The notes beneath the pieces are model-generated. The model had not been told where the DNA came from. It saw only the letters and a list, made by a program, of their open reading frames with translations, and made no database searches. A stretch of DNA of 64,000 bases from the NCBI GenBank assembly GCA_026770705.1, contig JANJGN010000008.1, positions 18,972,001-19,036,000 on the forward strand, in the 5' to 3' direction. The stretch comes from Isurus oxyrinchus (lineage: Eukaryota). Below are positions 63,731-64,000 of the stretch, piece by piece. The position numbers were made by a program, and so were the translations under genes. The first letter of the stretch is position 1, and the number at the start of each line of letters is the position of its first letter.

Positions 63731-64000
63731 GTCACTGACTCATAAATGAATGTGGGTACAAGAGCCTTGTTCCCATGGTGGCAACTATACACCCCTGAAA
63801 TGCTGGCTATTGCAAGATGCTTATCAAGGTGCTCCCCCCATCTCCTTTTACTTGACTGACTGCTATGACATTGCTTGGCCAGGCGCTTGTATATGCTGCT
63901 TTCAGCCCAGGTGCTGGGATCCTCATTCACTGTACTCTAATACTACATTCTTTTGATTCAAAATGAGGGTAAATGTTTAGTCAGGAAATGAGATTATTTG

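Noticed and set aside
57896-64000. Gene B D3/D4/TM exons
   Set aside because: None found, only repeats and gaps. They are presumably downstream, so whether gene B is inhibitory, activating or truncated cannot be determined.

Overview
Repeat-rich vertebrate DNA, most likely from a cartilaginous fish (shark-type CR1/L2 LINEs, DeuSINE, Harbinger MITEs). The ORF track is mostly noise because the real genes are split into exons. Assembling GT-AG exons by hand on the + strand gives two tandem paralogous Ig-superfamily receptor genes. Gene A (5510-35423) has 10 coding exons in one continuous frame, about 560 aa excluding the leader, which was not found in the window. It encodes V-C2-V-C2 + TM + a ~120-aa tail with four tyrosine motifs (two canonical ITIMs), each on its own exon. 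Gene B (leader 45339-45426, D1 53550-53888, D2 57626-57895) continues beyond the window. The ectodomain layout and the WxC motif in D4 recall CD4/LAG-3. However, D1 is single-exon, Trp-rich and completely cysteine-free in both paralogs, and the tail has ITIMs instead of an Lck clasp. This looks like a diversified inhibitory receptor family rather than CD4 or LAG-3 themselves. Introns contain a degenerate Ty3/Gypsy element with nested insertions, a degenerate Harbinger transposase with its MITE family, CR1/L2/RTE LINE fragments, SINEs, solo LTRs (including a tandem LTR-(CA)n array), and Penelope-like elements carrying minimal hammerhead ribozymes.
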